This document shows positions 61,046-64,000 of a stretch of DNA of 64,000 bases, in pieces; position 1 is the stretch's first letter, and each line of letters begins with the position of its first letter. Location of the stretch: assembly GCA_035498835.1 (NCBI GenBank), contig DATJZU010000026.1, forward strand, positions 922-64,921, written 5' to 3'. This stretch comes from Thermoanaerobaculia bacterium (lineage in GTDB: Bacteria; Acidobacteriota; Thermoanaerobaculia; UBA5066; Gp7-AA6). The translations under genes were made by a program, and so were the position numbers. The notes beneath the pieces are model-generated. The model was not told where the DNA came from and searched no databases. It saw only the letters and a program-made list of their open reading frames with translations.

Positions 61046-61578
61046 AGACCCGCACGCTCCTCGCGCTCGCGTTCGGCGTGGCCCTCGCGTCGGTCGGCGT
61101 CGTCTGGGTCAAGTCGCTGGCGCCGCCGCCGTCGCCCTCGGGATCGCTCGCCTTCCTGTCGGCCGCGCCGAATCTCATCGTGAAGGATCGTGAGGGCAAG
61201 ACGACCGACCTCTCGAAGCTGAAGGGCAAGATCTTCGTGATCCACTTCTGGGCGACGTGGTGCCCGCCGTGCGTCGAGGAGATCCCGGCGCTCTCGCGGT
61301 TTTGGGACAAGTACCGGAGCCGGAGCGACGTCGCCCTCTACGCCGTGTCGGTGGACAAGGACTGGAAGACGATCGACGCGTTCTCCGCGAAGAGCCCGAA
61401 CAACCTGCCGATCTACATCGACCCCGGCGCCGCGGCCGCGAAGCGGTTCGGGACGGTGCAGTACCCGGAGACGTACATCGTCAACGCGAACGGACGCGTC
61501 CTCGAGCGGGTGCCCGGCGCCGTCTCCTGGGACGACCCCGAGGTCCGCAAGCGCATCGAGCAGCTGCTGGCGTCGTAG
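61042..61578 (+). CDS. TlpA/ResA-family membrane-anchored thiol-disulfide oxidoreductase
   Basis: N-terminal TM, HFWATWCPPCVEEIP, YPETYI; GTGA coupling. Confidence 0.9.
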   Translation: MKTRTLLALAFGVALASVGVVWVKSLAPPPSPSGSLAFLSAAPNLIVKDREGKTTDLSKLKGKIFVIHFWATWCPPCVEEIPALSRFWDKYRSRSDVALYAVSVDKDWKTIDAFSAKSPNNLPIYIDPGAAAAKRFGTVQYPETYIVNANGRVLERVPGAVSWDDPEVRKRIEQLLAS

Positions 61579-61608
61579 AGCCGTGGCGCGCGGCCTCGAG
61601 GGCCGCAG

Positions 61609-61740
61609 CTACGGGCGATTGGAGTTCCGCTTCTCGCGATCCTTCCGCGGCTCGCGGATCAGCCAGAGGAACACCACGACGGCGGCGGCGGACATCGCGA
61701 GGCTCGTGTAGAAGAGGGTCGCCGAGGAGTCGAGGGGCAC
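61609..61740 (-). CDS. Putative 43-aa single-TM peptide downstream of the multiheme cytochrome
   Basis: VPLDSSATLFYTSLAMSAAAVVVFLWLIREPRKDREKRNSNRP; GTG 12 nt after the cytochrome stop; below the ORF-track length cutoff. Confidence 0.4.
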   Translation of the reverse strand: MPLDSSATLFYTSLAMSAAAVVVFLWLIREPRKDREKRNSNRP

Positions 61741-61752
61741 GGCGCGCCCGCT

Positions 61753-63999
61753 CTACGGAGCTCCGGCCTCGCGCGGACGCGCACCGCCGGCCGGCCGCGC
61801 GGCGCGCGACGTCGGCGGCGCGGGAGCCGGCGAGGCCCCGACCGGGGCGGTACCGCCGTTGACGCCGACCGACCACACGTAATCGCGCAGCGCCTTCGTT
61901 ATGGCATCGGGGTTCGAGAGGAAGGCCTTCGCCTCGGCGTCGCCGCCCAGGATCTGGGCGTACTCCTGCCGGTCCTTCGCGAAGGCCGGCGCGTCGAACA
62001 TGCCGGCGATCGGAGAGGTCCGCTGGCCGCCGTCGCCGACCGGGAAGTTCGTCGGCATGCGCGTGCCCGGCATCCACTCGTCCGGCCGTCGGATCCAATC
62101 GTTGATCCAGTCGTGCCGCAGGCGCGACGAGGCCATCTGGAGGTTCGGCGCGAGGCTCGCGCGGTCGACGCCGGGCGCGTTCATCTCCTGCTCGTTGCGC
62201 GGATGGCACTGCTTGCAGCGCAGCAACTCGAAGGTCTTGCGCCCCGCCTGCCAGATCTTGGGATCGGTCACGTAGTCGCCCGCGTCGAACGGATAGCGCG
62301 CGCGGTCGAGCGCCGCGAAATAGCGCGTCAGGTCGTTGAGCTCGTCGGTCGAGAAGCCGAACGTCGGCATGTGGACCTCGAGCCACGGCCGGATCTGGCC
62401 GGTCTTCGGCGCCTTCAGGAACGCGAAGAGCCAGTCGCTCTGCGTCTTCGCGCCTTCGCCCTGGATGATCGGCGGGGCGAGCGACGGGTCGGCCACGAGG
62501 GACCGGAACGAGCCGCCATATCCCTCGAGAACGTGGCAGCCCTGGCAGTTGTGGTTCTTGATGATGCGGCGGCCGCGCTCGATCGCGACCTCGTCGGAGT
62601 TGAGCTCCTTCTTCGCGGCGGCCGAGGCGTTCAGCTTCTGGAAGCCGAGCACCGCCGTCGTGACGTCGTCGAGCTCCTTCGGCGAGAACCGAAAGAGCGG
62701 CATCTTGAGCTTCTCTTCCCATCCGCGCGCGCGGTCGCGGTCGAAGAGGCGCGTGTTGTTGAGCTTCGCGCGGAACCAGTCCTGGCGCGTGTGCGTCAGG
62801 TGCACGAAGCCGAAGTCGAGGCGGTGGACGGCCTTCGACCCCTCTTCCGTAAGCTCCGTCCCGATCGGCTTTGCGTCCTCGAAGCCGGGGATCTGGTGGC
62901 AGGCGAAGCAGCCATAGTACGCGATGAGCTTCTCGCCGACGTAGACCTCCTTCGCCGGGAGATCCATCTTCGCGAGGTCCGCCTTCGCGTCGAAGACCGT
63001 CTTCGTCGCCATCTCGAAGTAGAGGCCCATGCGGTCGAGCGTCGCGGGGTCCGTCTTCGGGAGCGGCATCGCGTCGAACGCAGCCGGCGCCTTCAAGGTC
63101 GAGAGGTATTCCGCGATGTCGAGCGCGTCCTCGTTCGAGAGGCGCAGGTTCGGCATCTTGGTGTCGGGATTCCAGGCCTTGGGGTCCAGGATCCAGCGAT
63201 AGATCCAGTCGCGGGACGTCTTCGAGCCGACGCCCGCGAGATTCGGACCGAACTGCCGGTAGGTGCCGACGAGGTCGCGCTGCGCGTGGGGATCGACGAG
63301 GTGACAGCCGAAGCAGCCGCGGCTCGCGAGGAGCTTCTCGCCGCGCGCCGCGTCGCCGTGCCCGGGCGCCGGCTCGATCGCCACCCGCTTGGACCTGGCG
63401 GCGAGGTAGGCCACGATCGAGTTCACCATGGCGTCGTTCTCGACGCGGCCGACGGCATTCATCCGCTGCTGCGCGGCCGTGGGCGGCGTGGGCCCCGAGA
63501 CGTTCACGAAGTTCTCCAGATAGAAGAACGTCGGCATCTTCGTGTTCGGCCGGAAGGCGGCGGGGTTCATCACCCAACGCGTCGCCCAGTCGATCGACGA
63601 CACCTTCGAGGCGATCTTCTCGAGCGACGGCCCCACCTTCGGCAGGCCCTGCTTCTCGAGACCCTCTATGCGGTGGCAGCCCCAGCAGCCGAGGGCCTCG
63701 ATCGTCTTCATGCCGGCGTCGAGCCGCGGCGCGTCTGGGAAATTCGTCTCCTCGGCGTGGCAGCGATAGCAGCCGGCCTCCGTGTACTTCATCGGGAGGA
63801 TCGGCATTTCGTTGAACTTGTCGAAGCGCCAGTCGAAGTCCTTCTCCCAGCGCGCCGCCTCTTTCTCCGTCTCGGGCGAGTGGCCGGCCGACCAGAACGA
63901 CGAGGCGCGGTCGCGGCCGCCGTGGCACGGAGTGCAGCCGAAGGAGCCGTAGGGATGCGGCGACTCGCTGCCGACCATCAGGTTCAGCGACGGGTGCGT
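61753..63999 (-). CDS. Large multiheme cytochrome c, 5'-truncated by window edge
   Basis: Seven CxxCH motifs (CTPCH, CYRCH, CWGCH, CFGCH, CFACH, CQGCH, CKQCH); frame stays open to the window edge. Confidence 0.92.
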   Translation of the reverse strand, partial: THPSLNLMVGSESPHPYGSFGCTPCHGGRDRASSFWSAGHSPETEKEAARWEKDFDWRFDKFNEMPILPMKYTEAGCYRCHAEETNFPDAPRLDAGMKTIEALGCWGCHRIEGLEKQGLPKVGPSLEKIASKVSSIDWATRWVMNPAAFRPNTKMPTFFYLENFVNVSGPTPPTAAQQRMNAVGRVENDAMVNSIVAYLAARSKRVAIEPAPGHGDAARGEKLLASRGCFGCHLVDPHAQRDLVGTYRQFGPNLAGVGSKTSRDWIYRWILDPKAWNPDTKMPNLRLSNEDALDIAEYLSTLKAPAAFDAMPLPKTDPATLDRMGLYFEMATKTVFDAKADLAKMDLPAKEVYVGEKLIAYYGCFACHQIPGFEDAKPIGTELTEEGSKAVHRLDFGFVHLTHTRQDWFRAKLNNTRLFDRDRARGWEEKLKMPLFRFSPKELDDVTTAVLGFQKLNASAAAKKELNSDEVAIERGRRIIKNHNCQGCHVLEGYGGSFRSLVADPSLAPPIIQGEGAKTQSDWLFAFLKAPKTGQIRPWLEVHMPTFGFSTDELNDLTRYFAALDRARYPFDAGDYVTDPKIWQAGRKTFELLRCKQCHPRNEQEMNAPGVDRASLAPNLQMASSRLRHDWINDWIRRPDEWMPGTRMPTNFPVGDGGQRTSPIAGMFDAPAFAKDRQEYAQILGGDAEAKAFLSNPDAITKALRDYVWSVGVNGGTAPVGASPAPAPPTSRAARPAGGARPREAGAP

Positions 64000-64000
64000 C

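Overview
A very GC-rich bacterial window, probably Acidobacteriota (Thermoanaerobaculia-like). That assignment is inferred from gene content: Oar-type TonB-dependent receptor, DUF4388, deltaproteobacteria-like pilB-pilT-pilC-pilS-pilR block and LPS heptose genes. Layout: (1) 1-17.5 kb, core envelope genes (lpxL-like, HNH nuclease, heptose kinase, heptosyltransferase, type IV pilus motor and regulators, galU, moeA), with six copies of a palindromic element built from 7-bp units filling intergenic gaps. (2) 17.5-22.5 kb, a Lol-like ABC/LolA-fold operon divergent from a TonB-dependent receptor. (3) 22.6-33.4 kb, a stress/carbon block (HPF-like, AmmeMemoRadiSam, CBS, pgi, gnd, polyP-glucokinase-like, zwf, DUF6496, DUF4142, a 21-aa-repeat secreted protein) with four sigma54-like promoters. 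(4) 33.5-44.65 kb, an accessory block ending at the 3' end of tRNA-Sec: Tat-exported metallo-beta-lactamase-fold hydrolase, COG0523 metallochaperone, Cys-type sulfatase, three outer-membrane barrels and a FixL/FixJ-like system with candidate operators. (5) 44.8-64 kb, mixed genes: ArsR/SRPBCC, Tat amidase, GTAG-type REP array, MgtE, Oar-type TBDR, AKR, MarR/ClC module with operator pair, Rieske protein, tRNA-Ala with a duplicated 3' end, a candidate 6S-like RNA, hflX, TIGR02757, TlpA and the 3' part of a cytochrome c with at least 7 hemes. No CRISPR array, transposase or integrase was seen. Family assignments come from motifs read by eye, not database searches.
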